Shown: piece by piece, positions 24,631-36,959 of the stretch | Layout: every line of letters begins with the position of its first letter | Position numbering within the stretch: position 1 is the stretch's first letter | From: Octopus bimaculoides | Taxonomy: Eukaryota | DNA: 50,700 bases | Assembly (NCBI RefSeq): GCF_001194135.2 | Contig: NC_068989.1 | Location: 5,945,872-5,996,571, forward strand | Direction: 5' to 3' | Made by a program: the position numbers and the translations under genes | The notes under the pieces: generated by a model | What the model saw: the letters and a program-made list of their open reading frames with translations, nothing else | Told to the model about the DNA's origin: nothing | Databases searched by the model: none

Positions 24631-25689
24631 GTAATAATACTTGATCTAATTCTATATATATATATACACGCACACACACTTATATAGAGAAAGAAAGCGA
24701 TAGATGGGTAGATGCTGTATTTTATACTATAATATATATAACATACACTGTATCATACATACACGCACACACCTATAAATATGTTTGTCGGTCTGTCTGT
24801 CTATATATATGTGTACGTCTGTATGCATATAATGGTGTAGGGGAGAGAGTTAGGTACATATACACACGCACCTACAGGCACACACCACAGAAACTGAGAA
24901 TAAAACTGAGTGCATGTGTGTGCGCGAGTGTACGTGTGCATACAGGATATTTATATCTATAATATATATGCACATTATCTACCTGCCTACACACACACAC
25001 AAACACACACATTTATTTGCTTATGAGCCTTTGTATGACTACAGATATCTAAGTATCTGTGCATATGCATTAAATTATGTACAAGCTAACAAAGTGAGAA
25101 GAGAATTAAAGGAAGCGGGGTGGCTGTAGGAGGGACTGCTTGGGTTATATTTGTATACACAATTCCAACGAAGTCTCTCTGACATCTTGTATTCGCTACC
25201 CACCTTCTGTTCTCTCTTTCTTATCCGTATTAACATCTTATACCGATCCTATCTGCATAAAATTGCATTGATACGGAGTCCTTTTCTCGTTCTGTCTAAA
25301 CAACTAAACAACAGGAGTTCGTTAGCCTCACAAAAGCCGAACATCTCTTCCAGTTACCAAATCTAAGGGATGGATGGATTGGTGAGATGATGCGAAGGTG
25401 GTAGGCTTTACCTGTTTCGCCATCGCTAGTTCATATTTCTGTTTCTTTTATCTTCTACTTGGTTCAGTCATTGGGCTACGGCCATGCTGGGGGATGGGCA
25501 CGGCTTTGTGGGGGGGCATAGGTAGACAATCAACCTCCAATGCTTTGAGTGAATTTGGTAGACAGAACTGTGTGGAAGCCCCTCTTATATCTATATATAT
25601 ATATATGAACACTTGTATAACTGTTCACACATACACTCACTCACGCACGCACACACACACACACACACACACACATACAAGCAGAAGTT

Positions 25690-26900
25690 GAAAATGTACT
25701 GGGAGTCTTTTGGATGGTTTATTTTTAAAAGTATAACCCGTTCCACAGATTTTTCTGATTTTCAAAAGTTAAGTGAGATAGGAAGACGTGGAGCTATGCC
25801 GCAACTGTTCTTGCTTCTGAGTGGAGTTCGAAAATTCTCTTTTGTTTTTATGTCTCAAATTCGTATCAATTTAGAATACAATTTGATTGGCATTTGCATT
25901 AATGTCGTGTGACAATATTTTTTTCTAGTCGAAAGTTAGGGTTGACAAGGTTGAGTGAACGTATCTAGTGACGGTCCCAAACACTCAAGGCTCTCTATAT
26001 TTAATCTGTCAGGTAGCAGAGTGGACAGGAGTTGTGTGAATGAAGTCCAGTGACTGAATGAATATTGTTTGTATGTATGTCCGCAGGCATAACATTTTGT
26101 TCTCTACATTCATGCATTCATGTCATGTGAGAAAAAATCCTGATACTTCCCAAAGTTCAGGTTGTTGGCTATGTAGTGTCAATATGTAAAGTGGTAGGAG
26201 TTTTCGTGTGAGTAGTTGTTTGTGAATGTAATTTGTTAAAGTTTATTCAACCGTGGTTTGTATTTTTGTCTGCATATATTTTCTTTTCTATTCACGTTTG
26301 ATCTGAACAAATATAAAGTGGGAAAACTTGGAATTTGGGAAACTTATTTTTTGCGCATATGTCTACGTGTCCACTGAGTGGATTTTGTCTAGAACTGGAA
26401 TCTCGTTTTTGTTGACGATGAATAGTCATTCTATTTCTAAGAGTAAGTCTTGTTTGACTTATGCAATCCTCGTTACATCCTTTACATTAAAAATCCTATA
26501 TTAAAATTCTTGATGAATATGTAAAATGATATCTTATGGTAAAAAATCTGTTCTGATTAAAACTTATTTTTTAGTATTCAATGAGTTTGATGCAAGTCCC
26601 GCAATTAGGGTGACCTCATATTTTGAGTGTTGGTGTGAGGTTTGTGGAAGGTAAATTGGCGCTAACGAGTAGTTAGTTTTTGAGGGATTTTGATTGTCTT
26701 TTGCTTTTGATTATTTTGTGTATTTCGAGTGGTTGTTTCGTTCTCAGGAAAGTATTGTTTTGGTGTCGATAATTTTGTAAACCTCTGTGTTTTGAGGTTT
26801 ACGTTGTAATAAATGGTAGAGTATTGAGTGTATCTGAAGTGTTGTTTCTTTTTCGTAGTTCTTGAATAACCATTGCTCTTGTATATTCAATTAGAATAAG
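25690..26900 (-). mobile_element. Penelope-like retroelement remnant, GIY-YIG endonuclease region
   Basis: From 26486 downward: CKGCNEDCISQTRLTLRNRMTIHRQQKRDSSSRQNPLSGHVDICAKNKFPKFQVFPLY, preceded by FNQNRFFTIRYHFTYSSRILI. This fits the PLE C-x2-C..YIGQT..L..R...H pattern. Many stops. Confidence 0.8.
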
Positions 26901-26924
26901 TACTAGCTCCAGTTGCATATTCTT

Positions 26925-27170
26925 TGTGCCGGTGTTTATCCCCCCTTACCATTTGACAATCCATATACTTTGCTTACGCCTCGTAATTTAAATGATTCGG
27001 TCGGTCACTGATAGAATAGCTAAACTAAACTAAACTAAACTAAGCTAAACTAAACTAAAATAAATAGATACATAAGTCCTGAGGTTCATCTTTTCAACTA
27101 AAGCCCCTGAAGGCGAAACTGCAGCATGGCCGCAGTCTAATGACTGAAACAAGTAAAAAGAATAAAATAG
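26925..27170 (+). mobile_element. SINE family A, 3' half with internal (CTAAA)n
   Basis: ccatttgacaa..gatagaatag..gcagcatggccgcagtctaatgactgaaacaagtaaaa. Confidence 0.75.
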
Positions 27171-27380
27171 AAAGAAAACAGAAGAACGAGGTCCGACTAA
27201 AGAGTCTGTAGACATTTTAACTGGAGCTGGTACTTATTCTTTAATCCATTGCCATTCCTTCTTATTTAGGATAAAATAATGCTATTTTACTCTCCACTCC
27301 TAACCGCTTCTCTCCTAAGTCAATATTTTTTCTCTCCTATTTTTCTGAACTCCCCACTTTTTATTAACATCAATGTGCTT

Positions 27381-27432
<52 letters not shown>

Positions 27433-27995
27433 TCCTTCACTATTTGTGACCGTCTATTTCTCTGTATTTCTCTCTCTCCTCCTCTCTCTCTATCTCTCTC
27501 TCTCTCGTATTTGTTTACTTTTCCTCCTCCAACTCACAGATTATATACTTTTAATTTATCTTCTTGCATTTTCTATATTTTTCCTCTTTCCACGAACGAA
27601 GCTTATTTTCCTCACTTTTAGTTCGTTTGTTTCTTCCTATCTTCCTGTCTGTATGTATGTATGTATGTATGTATCTATCAGTCTATGTGTCTGTCTATCC
27701 TCACTNNNNNNNNNNNNNNNNNNNNNNNNNNNNNNNNNNNNNNNNNNNNNNNNNNNNNNNNNNNNNNNNNNNNNNNNNNNNNNNNNNNNNNNNNNNNNNN
27801 NNNNNNNNNNNNNNNNNNNNNNNNNNNNNNNNNNNNNNNNNNNNNNNNNNNNNNNNNNNNNNNNNNNNNNNNNNNNNNNNNNTATATATATACCTATCTT
27901 CCGCTTTCCTCTTTATCTGTCAATCATAATATCGGGCTATCTCTCCAAATATCTATTGATTTCTCTACCTTTTCCACTCTCCTTCTCGCCCCATT

Positions 27996-28034
<39 letters not shown>

Positions 28035-28456
28035 CCACACACAGCACGTACATACACGTGTATATATATAAACATGATTATTTAACTTGCTCTTCATATT
28101 TATCATTTACCTGATACATTCTATTTATCACACTTCCCCTCTAACTCCGATTATACTCTGCTCCTCCCCCCGTTTCTCTCTACTCAAGCTGTCAACACAA
28201 TATGTCCAGCTATCACTACGCCTCTTTCCTTTCCGGAACAGAAGCTTCTAGAAGCCAATAAAATATGTCATTTTTTAAATCGAACCAACATATATTGCAT
28301 TATACATACATACATACATACATATGTACGTACATATATACATTCGTGCATACATTCATACGTACATGCATACACATATATAAACATATTGTTATGTTAT
28401 AAACACACACACACAGAATCGCACATATATATGCATGTATGTATAAGCATATGTGC

Positions 28457-28632
28457 AGGCGTGCTCGTGTGGTAAGACGCTTGCTTCTCAACTTCATGGT
28501 TCCTGGTTCAATCCCTCTATAATCTAGGGCCGATGAAAATCTTGGGAGTGGATTCAGTTCACAGACACTGTAAGAAACCCATCCATATATATATATATAT
28601 ATATGGGTTTCTGACAGTGTCTGTGAACTGAA
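28457..28632 (+). mobile_element. SINE A head ending in a 30-bp-arm fold-back hairpin
   Basis: Head gcgtgctcgtgtggtaag..ggttcaatccc. Arms 28553-28582 and 28603-28632 pair with one mismatch around an (AT)n core. Confidence 0.85.
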
Positions 28633-29404
28633 CATATANNNNNNNNNNNNNNNNNNNNNNNNNNNNNNNNNNNNNNNNNNNNNNNNNNNNNNNNNNNNNN
28701 NNNNNNNNNNNNNNNNNNNNNNNNNNNNNNNNNNNNNNNNNNNNNNNNNNNNNNNNNNNNNNNNNNNNNNNNNNNNNNNNNNNNNNNNNNNNNNNNNNNN
28801 NNNNNNNNNNNNNNNNNNNNNNNNNNNNNNNNNNNNNNNNNNNNNNNNNNNNNNNNNNNNNNNNNNNNNNNNNNNNNNNNNNNNNNNNNNNNNNNNNNNN
28901 NNNNNNNNNNNNNNNNNNNNNNNNNNNNNNNNNNNNNNNNNNNNNNNNNNNNNNNNNNNNNNNNNNNNNNNNNNNNNNNNNNNNNNNNNNNNNNNNNNNN
29001 NNNNNNNNNNNNNNNNNNNNNNNNNNNNNNNNNNNNNNNNNNNNNNNNNNNNNNNNNNNNNNNNNNNNNNNNNNNNNNNNNNNNNNNNNNNNNNNNNNNN
29101 NNNNNNNNNNNNNNNNNNNNNNNNNNNNNNNNNNNNNNNNNNNNNNNNNNNNNNNNNNNNNNNNNNNAGAGACGAACACATATATATATATTTATATATA
29201 TTTCTCAACTCAGTCGTTGAAGACATTAAGCTACGACTTTTCAAAATAGAAAATTTCTTCTTTTGAAAATTGGAAATTGGCAACAGAAAAACAAGAAAGA
29301 AAAGTAGATCTCCGTTTTTCAAAATTTCTCTTTAAAATACTTATGTATAAAAATTCGTTTTTCTATGTTGAATGTTAATTAATTTCTTTACATTAACAAA
29401 TGTC

Positions 29405-29454
<50 letters not shown>

Positions 29455-29819
29455 GTGTTTGTCGCAAACTCTCACCCAATACTTAAGGTGCCAAGATGGC
29501 TCACAGTCATTGTGCACCTCAATTTCCCTCCATTTAACCATTTTAGAAAATCTTTCAATGATTATTTTCTTACAGTCATTTTAAAATAAATTTCATTATT
29601 GAATAGTTTGACATGAATGAAGAACGTGTACAAGAGGGTCTCACAAGCGTCCCGATTATGAAAATGTTAATATCGCATACACAGACATCGGTTGATTGTC
29701 AGTTTCCTGTCTGTGGCTTGTTATCAATAATGTTGTATATAGAAATAAAAACAATTAAAAACTAATACGCATTTTGATCTGGCAGAAAACAACGGTCCAT
29801 GCAGTAGTAGTAATAATAA

Positions 29820-29995
29820 TGATTCTTTTTACTACAGGCACCAAGTCTGAAATTTCGGGAATACGGCGCTAGCCGATTACATCGACTCCAATGTTCATGT
29901 GTTACTTATTTCAACTACCTCCAAAAGGATGAAAGGCTAAGTCAACCTCGGCAGAATTTGAACTCAGAACGGAAGCCCAGAAGAAATGCAGCTAA
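29820..29995 (-). mobile_element. SINE family B
   Basis: ggatgaaaggctaagtcaacctcggcagaatttgaactcagaac. Confidence 0.75.
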
Positions 29996-30374
29996 ACCTA
30001 TACATACATGATGGCTGCAAACTAGTGTTCGAATATTGCCATCGCCTGATCGAAAGTCCCATACGTGCGAAGGCTACGACCAGCCATTTTTGTGATAAGT
30101 CTTAATTGTTTTTCAAGCGATGCCTGTGCATGGTGATACTTTGTAGTAAGGAAAAGGATTTGCGCAAATCCAGTCCCACTCTCTGAACATGGACAACATA
30201 AACTCGAAAAGAAGAACTAGTCTACATCATCGAATATTGTCAGTATTGTAGGCTTTCTCTCAGAGTTTCCCTCTCCCAGAGAGACGTGACAACAACAGAG
30301 ATGCCTCCCCGTCGTGACAACAACAGACGTATTTCCACGTCCCTACGCATGCGTGCATGCATACATACACATGT

Positions 30375-30580
30375 ACACGTATTGTTGGATGGCCGTTGAC
30401 TGCTCGTGAGCTCTTCTACCCTTGGACAGGTCTTAGTTTTCGTCCTGTAGGGTGTCCAACAATCACCCTCCTCACCAAGCAAGCTTGATAGGGTTGCCAG
30501 ATTAGTCACCGACGACCCGACCATGCAACAGGTTGTACTGGATTACATGCTACCAGTAGCACCCAAGAGCGACCTGACAC
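30375..30580 (-). mobile_element. probable RTE-clade 5'UTR-like or RTE-related short element
   Basis: Minus strand gtcaggtcgctcttgggtgctactggtagcatgtaatccagtacaacctgttgcatggtcgggtcgtcgg..ggtgaggagggtg..aagacctgtccaaggg resembles RTE 5' regions as I recall them. Not verified. Confidence 0.4.
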
Positions 30581-30779
30581 AATGTACATACATACATACA
30601 TACATATTATTGGGGCACTGAGATATGTAATCAATACCAATCTTGAGAAATTAGGCTTCTCAAAACCAGAAAGGGGAAAGCTGATTCGAAGACTACAGAT
30701 CGAATCCATCACTGGAACTGTAAAAATCTGTAAAACTTTCCAGAAGTTTATCATTTAAGTTTGTCATTACGATCTGAGT

Positions 30780-30921
30780 AGAAATTCTACCAAGATCAAC
30801 TTTGCCTTTTGTCGTTTTGGGATCGATAGAATAAGTACCAGTTAAACACTGGGGTTGATGTAATCAACTTGCCCCTTGTCCCCCAAAATGTCAGGCGTTG
30901 TGCCTATAGTAGTAAATATTA

Positions 30922-30967
<46 letters not shown>

Positions 30968-30990
30968 GTAGTAGTAGTAGTAGTAGTAGT
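30780..30990 (+). mobile_element. SINE B 3' half with (ATT)n/(AGT)n tail
   Basis: caactttgcctt..ggatcgatagaataagtaccagttaaacactgggg. Confidence 0.75.
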
Positions 30991-30996
30991 AGTTGT

Positions 30997-31210
30997 GTGG
31001 AGGCGCGTAGCTTAGTGGTTAGGGTGTCAGTATCATGGTCGTATGATTGTGGTTTCGATTCCTGGACCGGGTGACGCGTTGTGTTCTTGAGCAAAGCACT
31101 TCATGAGTAACGCTGCGATGGACTGGCGTCCCGTCCAGCTGGGGAACACATACGCCATTGAAACCGGGAAACCGGGCCCATGAGCCTGGCTAGGCTTTAA
31201 AAGGGCGCAA
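30997..31210 (+). mobile_element. SINE with family-C-type tRNA head and a different 3' module
   Basis: gtggaggcgcgtagcttagtggttaggg..ggtttcgattcc..gcgttgtgttcttgagcaaagcact, then an unrelated 3' part ending ggctttaaaagggcgc. Confidence 0.7.
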
Positions 31211-31269
31211 AAAAAGTAGTAATAGTAGTAGTAGTAGTAGTAGTAGTGGTAGTAGTAGGAGTATAGACA

Positions 31270-31460
31270 ACCAAGGCTGATATTTTAGAGAAGGGGGTTA
31301 GTCCATTATATTGATCTCAGTATTTGACTGGGGTTTAGTTTATTTTATCGACCACTGAAAGCAGGGTTGACCTCGGTGGTCTTTGAACTCGGGCCATAAA
31401 AATCCAGAACAAATGCCAAAAGCGATTTTGACTGACACTAATGATTCTGTTAATTAGCCG
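31270..31460 (-). mobile_element. SINE family B, degenerate
   Basis: ttatcgacc..gttgacctcggtggtctttgaactc. Confidence 0.65.
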
Positions 31461-32149
31461 CAACAAATAATAATGAAAATAATTTCCTATTTAATTACAA
31501 ATTACTTTCATTCGCAATTTCAATTACATTCACTTTTCATTCCGATGACAAATTACTTTTTCATAAGGGTATGTATGTGTATGTGCCTGTGTTTGAGTGC
31601 GTGCGTGCGCAAATAATTTGTGTTTTTTGTATTACCGGTTATTTTTGAATTTACCGGGGTGAAATATAAAATTTTCGAAATGTAAAAACAAGTAAGCATA
31701 CCAAAGCATTAGTTGGTTGCACTAAAATACGTGAATTTTTTTTTATTTTGAATTTTGGAAATTTAAAGAAAGAAAAAAAGAAAGAAGAAATATTAACAGA
31801 ATACTAATCTCCGTTATTTTAAATATACAGATGAAAAATAATTCCAACACAATTTTAAAAAATAATAAAATTGCAGGTAGTGAGCAGATTACACTAAGTG
31901 TACTTTTGGAATTTATTAATTTTCCTTTTTTTTAAAGTTTTCCGCAATCTTTAATCTCCTGTGGTTACAGACGTCTATGCTTCTTTTGAAATTTCACCAA
32001 ACTATCTATAAGTTTTTCTCCTTTTATCTCTCCTTTCTCTCTGTTTTTCTTTCTATCTATCTATCTATCTATCTATCCTTCTTTAAGATAGCAAGCTCAG
32101 TAGCTAATGTGTGTGCATGTTAGACTGCTGAAATTTATAAGTTTTTTTC

Positions 32150-32290
32150 ATTCTCTCTCTGTTTATTTCCTCTTATTCCTTTCTGTTGAAGAGCCTAGGC
32201 TCGAAACGTAAAAGATTTTTTCGTTTTTCCCGAGCGTCAAACTAATCCACTTGCTTGTTGTTCATACACCTGTCTTCGCATTTTGTTTAT
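32150..32290 (+). mobile_element. Penelope-like terminal fragment with hammerhead motif at 32179-32214
   Basis: cttt-CTGTTGA-A-GAGC ctag GCTC-GAAAC-GTA-aaag. The same family is on the minus strand at about 4000-4130. Confidence 0.6.
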
Positions 32291-32339
32291 ATATATATAT
32301 ATATATATCCCTGCATTCCATTGTATGTGTGTCTTTTCA

Positions 32340-32520
32340 GTCTGTGTTCGTCCCCCACCAGCGCTTGACAACCAGTGTTGGTGTGTTTACGTCCGCTTAA
32401 CTTATCGGTTAGGGAAAAGAGACGATAAAAAGATTAGTACCGGGGTTGATTAATTCGGCTAAAAATTCTTGAAAGTCCGTGCCCCAGCATGACCGAAGTC
32501 TACTAACTGAAACAATTATA
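32340..32520 (+). mobile_element. SINE family A, 3' half
   Basis: gcgcttgacaaccagtgttggtgtgtttacgtcc..gccccagcatgaccg. Confidence 0.8.
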
Positions 32521-32599
32521 CGAAAAATAATCTTCACGGTGTTGTCACAGCATGGCCGCAGCTGAATGATTGAAAAAAAATGATAGCTACAGTAATTTA

Positions 32600-33260
32600 A
32601 AATCCTAGGCTTTTGAAAGTGGCTAAGAGGTTCTTCCTGAAACTATCAAGAGTTTGGCTGTCATCCCTAATTTACCATCTCGTAACAATCTGATGCTGGA
32701 TTTGTGAGCTTACCCTTTAATACGTCCAATATAAAGAGGCTGAAGAAATTGCATCTGACGTAGAATAACTCTGATTTCTGATTTCTTGATTCTTGCCGAT
32801 TCTTCATTAAAGTGCGAAGTCTTCCGAGCGTGAATGAACGCATAACTATATCTAGGCTTATTATGTCTGCATTAACATATCATCTTGAGATTTCCAGATC
32901 CTTCTTCAGTGGGCAATCGACCTATAGAAAGGGAGAAATTCGTGATTTCGAACGAAATGAATTTCGCCCAAATTTTACTCTCATTCTCTCTGAATCAACT
33001 GATATTTGCACTTCTATTTTCCACTATCAAAAGATAATTTGGTTCCTAATGCTAACATTTATATTCCTTAAGCGCTTTTTACTTATTAATCATATATCCG
33101 TATTTTTTCTCAAAGCTTACAGCTAGAGTTATTAGCCAAGTCTATTTTGTGATCTCTTACCGTGAAGAGCGCTTTCCGCTTAGTTAGACATGAATTCTCG
33201 ATCTTATCTATATTAACTTTCTGACACTTCATTAACTTCTTTGGAAGTTTGATTGTTTCT
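32600..33260 (-). mobile_element. Penelope-like reverse transcriptase remnant
   Basis: ALFTVRDHKIDLANNSSCKL (33172-33113) resembles the PLE AFITLKDHK..N...CRL block. IRDDS near 32660 corresponds to the (Y)RDD catalytic motif. Many stops and frameshifts. Confidence 0.65.
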
Positions 33261-33356
33261 GCTATATTCTTATATTATTAAGCAATAACTGTTTATACAT
33301 ACATACACACATACATACTTGTGTGTGTGTGTGTATGTTTTTATGTTTAGTTTTAC

Positions 33357-33706
33357 GCTTTTACTTGTTTCAGTCATTTGACTGCGGCCATGCTGGAGCA
33401 CCAGCTTTAGTCGAGCAAATCGACCCCAGGACTTATTCTTTGGAAGCCTAGTACTTATTCTATTGGTCTCTTTTGCCGAACCGCTAAGTTACGGGGACGT
33501 AAACACACCAGCATCGGTTGTCAAGCAACGTTGGGAGGACAAACACAGACACAAACATATACACAGTTTCCGTCTACCAAATCCACTCACAAGGCTTTGG
33601 TCGGCCCGAGGCTATAGTAGAAGACACTTGCCCAAGGTGCTACGCAGTGGGAATGAACCCGGGACCATGTGGTTGGTAAGCAAGCTACTTACCACATAGC
33701 CACTCT
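33357..33706 (-). mobile_element. SINE family A, near full length
   Basis: High-identity reverse complement of 19088-19510. Confidence 0.92.
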
Positions 33707-33789
33707 TGAAAACAAATTTATATTAATCTTATGGGTTACTTTTGTAAAGAACAAATTTATTATTCTTTATTATTCTTAAATGCGCATAT

Positions 33790-33903
33790 CATTGACAGAG
33801 AATTCAAAGTTTCGGTAAGCCATCGTCGCATTGCCGACAATGGCTCATCTAGCCGAAACTTCGAAGTTACTGTCAATAATTTTTCTTATTTAAGAATGAT
33901 AAA
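33790..33903. repeat. dispersed palindromic element (copy 2), back-to-back hammerhead-like halves
   Basis: Right half ccgacaa-t-GGCT catct AGCC-GAAAC-ttcgaa-GTT. Left half on minus reads gcgacga-t-ggcttacc-gaaac. 3' flank nearly identical to copy 1. Confidence 0.75.
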
Positions 33904-33947
33904 TGTATAAGTGTCTGTCTGTGTTTGCGTGTGTGCTGAAAGAGGGA

Positions 33948-34268
33948 AGGCACGTGGCTTAGTGGTTAGGTCATCCGGTTTACGATCTGAAAACCGTGAG
34001 TTCGATTCCCGGCGGTGCGTTGTGTCCTTGAGCAAGGCACTTTATTTCTTAATGCTCCAGTTCATTCAGTCGGCAAAAGTGAGTTGTACCTGTAATTAAA
34101 AGGGTCAGCCTTGCCATATTCTGTGTCACGCTGAATCTCCCTGAGAACTATGTTCAGGGTACGCGTGTCTGTGGGGTGTTCAGCCACTTGCAAATTAATT
34201 TCACGAGTAGGCTGTTCCGTTGATCGAATCAACTGGATCATTCCTCGTCGTAACCGACGGAGAGCCTG
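33948..34268 (+). mobile_element. SINE family C, full length
   Basis: gcacgtggcttagtggttagg..gagttcgattccc..gcgttgtgtccttgagcaaggcac plus the family C body. Confidence 0.9.
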
Positions 34269-34548
34269 AAGAGAGAAGGGGAGAGAGAGAAAGAGTAAAG
34301 GATAAAGAGGGAATGAAGGAGATAGAATAGTATACGCACACACACACACACGACGAGTTTCTACACAGTACCTGTCTTTCAAATTCAATAATCTCGGAGT
34401 TATAGGAAATGATATTTGCCCAATATGCCACGAAGTGGAATTGAACAAGAAGCCTCTTGTCTGCAAACCAATCTTCTTAACCACACAGCCATGCCTTTAC
34501 CACACACACACACACATCTGTATATATGTCTCTCTCCCTCTCTCTCTG

Positions 34549-34584
<36 letters not shown>

Positions 34585-34720
34585 TGTATGTATTGAGTAG
34601 TATAAATGTGGACATTGGATAAGATATATGAGCAGAACAAACACAGACAAATGAATGCAAACACGGCGCGCTAAATGGGCCGCTGCTATTCACCAGTTTT
34701 TATTTTCTATCTCCGGTAGC

Positions 34721-34763
<43 letters not shown>

Positions 34764-35167
34764 GTTTGTATGTATGTATGTATGCATGCATCCTATGTCC
34801 ACATTTAGATTCACTCTTTATAGATTATCGACAAATGTAGTCTTTGAACATTCGCCTAATAAGTAAAATATATTTATACTTATTCTCTGCTTATCGCGTG
34901 GCGCGTTTACGGTTGTTGTTTTGTTTTTGTTTTTTTTTCTTTATGTCTGCATCTCATCTGGAGCATGGCTTTAGCAGTACTACCAAAGTAGAGGTAGTCG
35001 TCGTGGTAACTGCAGCAGCATTCTTATTTTATAACGATGACATCGCTGCAACGAAAGGAAGATATACACAGCATGATAGGATGTCATTTGACTGCGGCCA
35101 TGCTGGACCACCACCTTAAATGATTGCAGTCGAAGAAATCGATCCCACGACTTATTCTTTGTGAGCC

Positions 35168-35543
35168 TAGTATCTATGACTTCCTTCCATCTATTTACAA
35201 GCTTTTTAATCCCATCAATGTAAAACTCTTTTGATTTCAAAGCGAAGAACTCTGAAATGTCAGTTTCGAACTCCTCCTCGCTTGCAAAAGTTATGTCTCA
35301 CAAATGATTCTGTAAACTACGAAACAAGTGCCTTAAATGCTCTTTGGATACTTTCATATTAGAAAGGGTTTTAATCAAAGAAATTTTAATTTTATTATTC
35401 TGTAAAATAATATTTAATTAGTTTAAATATACACAAATGCATAAAAATAATTTAAAACTCCATTAGACATTCTAAAATACTATTAAATTTCATTCAATTT
35501 TAAAAATGGTAAAATCGGACAGAACTTATGGGATGACCTGATA
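35168..35543 (-). mobile_element. internally deleted mariner: 5' TIR plus transposase C-terminus
   Basis: TIR TA-TCAGGTCATCCCATAAGTTCTGTCC at 35543-35517. C-terminal peptide TFASEEEFETDISEFFALKSKEFYIDGIKKLVNRWKEVID. Confidence 0.8.
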
Positions 35544-36564
35544 ACTAATCATTCTACGGCTGAATAACTTGATTGAATATATTTCGTCGCTGATCGTAAG
35601 ATCGTTCATAGGTCAACAAGGGAGCCTATATGAGATCGCTCAAAAGGATAGAAATGGCAACTACATATCACTCAAATCCTACTTTGCCTTATTTTATTTT
35701 ATTTTTTTTCCAAGTACATTTTCGATAATATAAGTCTGGAGTAGTAAATAATTACAGAGGAGGTAAAAAAAAAATGCTCCAAGTGATCATGGTTGAACTG
35801 TTGATGATCATAAGTCTCTCCAATCAGCTTTAACCTGGGGCTAAAGAACTGGAACTTAAGAACATTCAGTAATTAACGAATGCGATGTTTAGCTGCAAGG
35901 CTGAGCTACTTCCATGCACAGTTTCGTATGGTGGGAGGAGAGAAAGTAGACTAGATTTCCCCATCACCGTTACCAGCATGTCAATTTGCTGACTTGCGTT
36001 AGATGTATAGTAACAAAACAAAAAAGGTGAAGTCTTTAGTTACGGTATTATCACTCAATGGTTTTAGCAAACACAATAAATTGTTTACTCAAAGCAACAG
36101 CGTTCAAAGTCTATCGCAGTCGGGAGATTTAGTGTAAAAGAGAGATGGGTTGTGATTGGTGAAATACATATTTTCCTTTGTTTTGAGAGAGAGAGAATGT
36201 ATGTAAAAAAATATAAATGTAAAGTACTTAGAGAGAATGAATATTGGATGCAAGAAATAGTCGATCGTAGAATCGTAGTAAATGTGGACATCTTTCGTTA
36301 TCACCGCTCACGCTGGCCTTTTAGAACTATCTGTCTTTCCATCTGTCTGTTTGTCTGTCTGCCTAGTTATCTATCTGTCTGTCTTCCTATTTATCTATCT
36401 GTCTCTCTGCGTTTATTCATTTCTTTTCGGTATGTATATTCGATTGATTTTCAGCTGCCATATCGTTTATATTATACTTTATTACGCTATATATTGTCGC
36501 TGCGTATTTATGTTCGTCTGTTGGACCCAATCATAAACTCCGCAGTTTGATGTATTACGCGCGC

Positions 36565-36616
<52 letters not shown>

Positions 36617-36921
36617 ATAACCAAAAATAACTAAACTGCTAACACATCCTGTGCCTACATAACAAAGGGATTCACCTAAACATACACACTTGCTTAAAAA
36701 GCTCTACATACATGAATAAATTCTAAGCAATAACATACCGTAGTCAATAAAAATGTCTCCAAGACACCTCTCCATAACAACCCACCCCTAAAACCTAACA
36801 GCCACCCCATTTTAACCCAACACAGACTATATAAAACCAAGATTAATGCATCGCAATGATGGCTTAACTGGCCAAACTTCGAAATCGCTGTCAACAATAT
36901 TTTTGTTTAAAAATAAACTTG

Positions 36922-36953
<32 letters not shown>

Positions 36954-36959
36954 GTGTGT

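Noticed and set aside
30156-30171. Perfect 16-bp palindrome GGATTTGCGCAAATCC with C/EBP core
   Set aside because: About one 8-bp-arm perfect palindrome is expected by chance in a window this size, and nothing else supports it.
36559-36612. (CG)n(TG)n Z-DNA-prone tract
   Set aside because: Ordinary among the many purine-pyrimidine microsatellites here.
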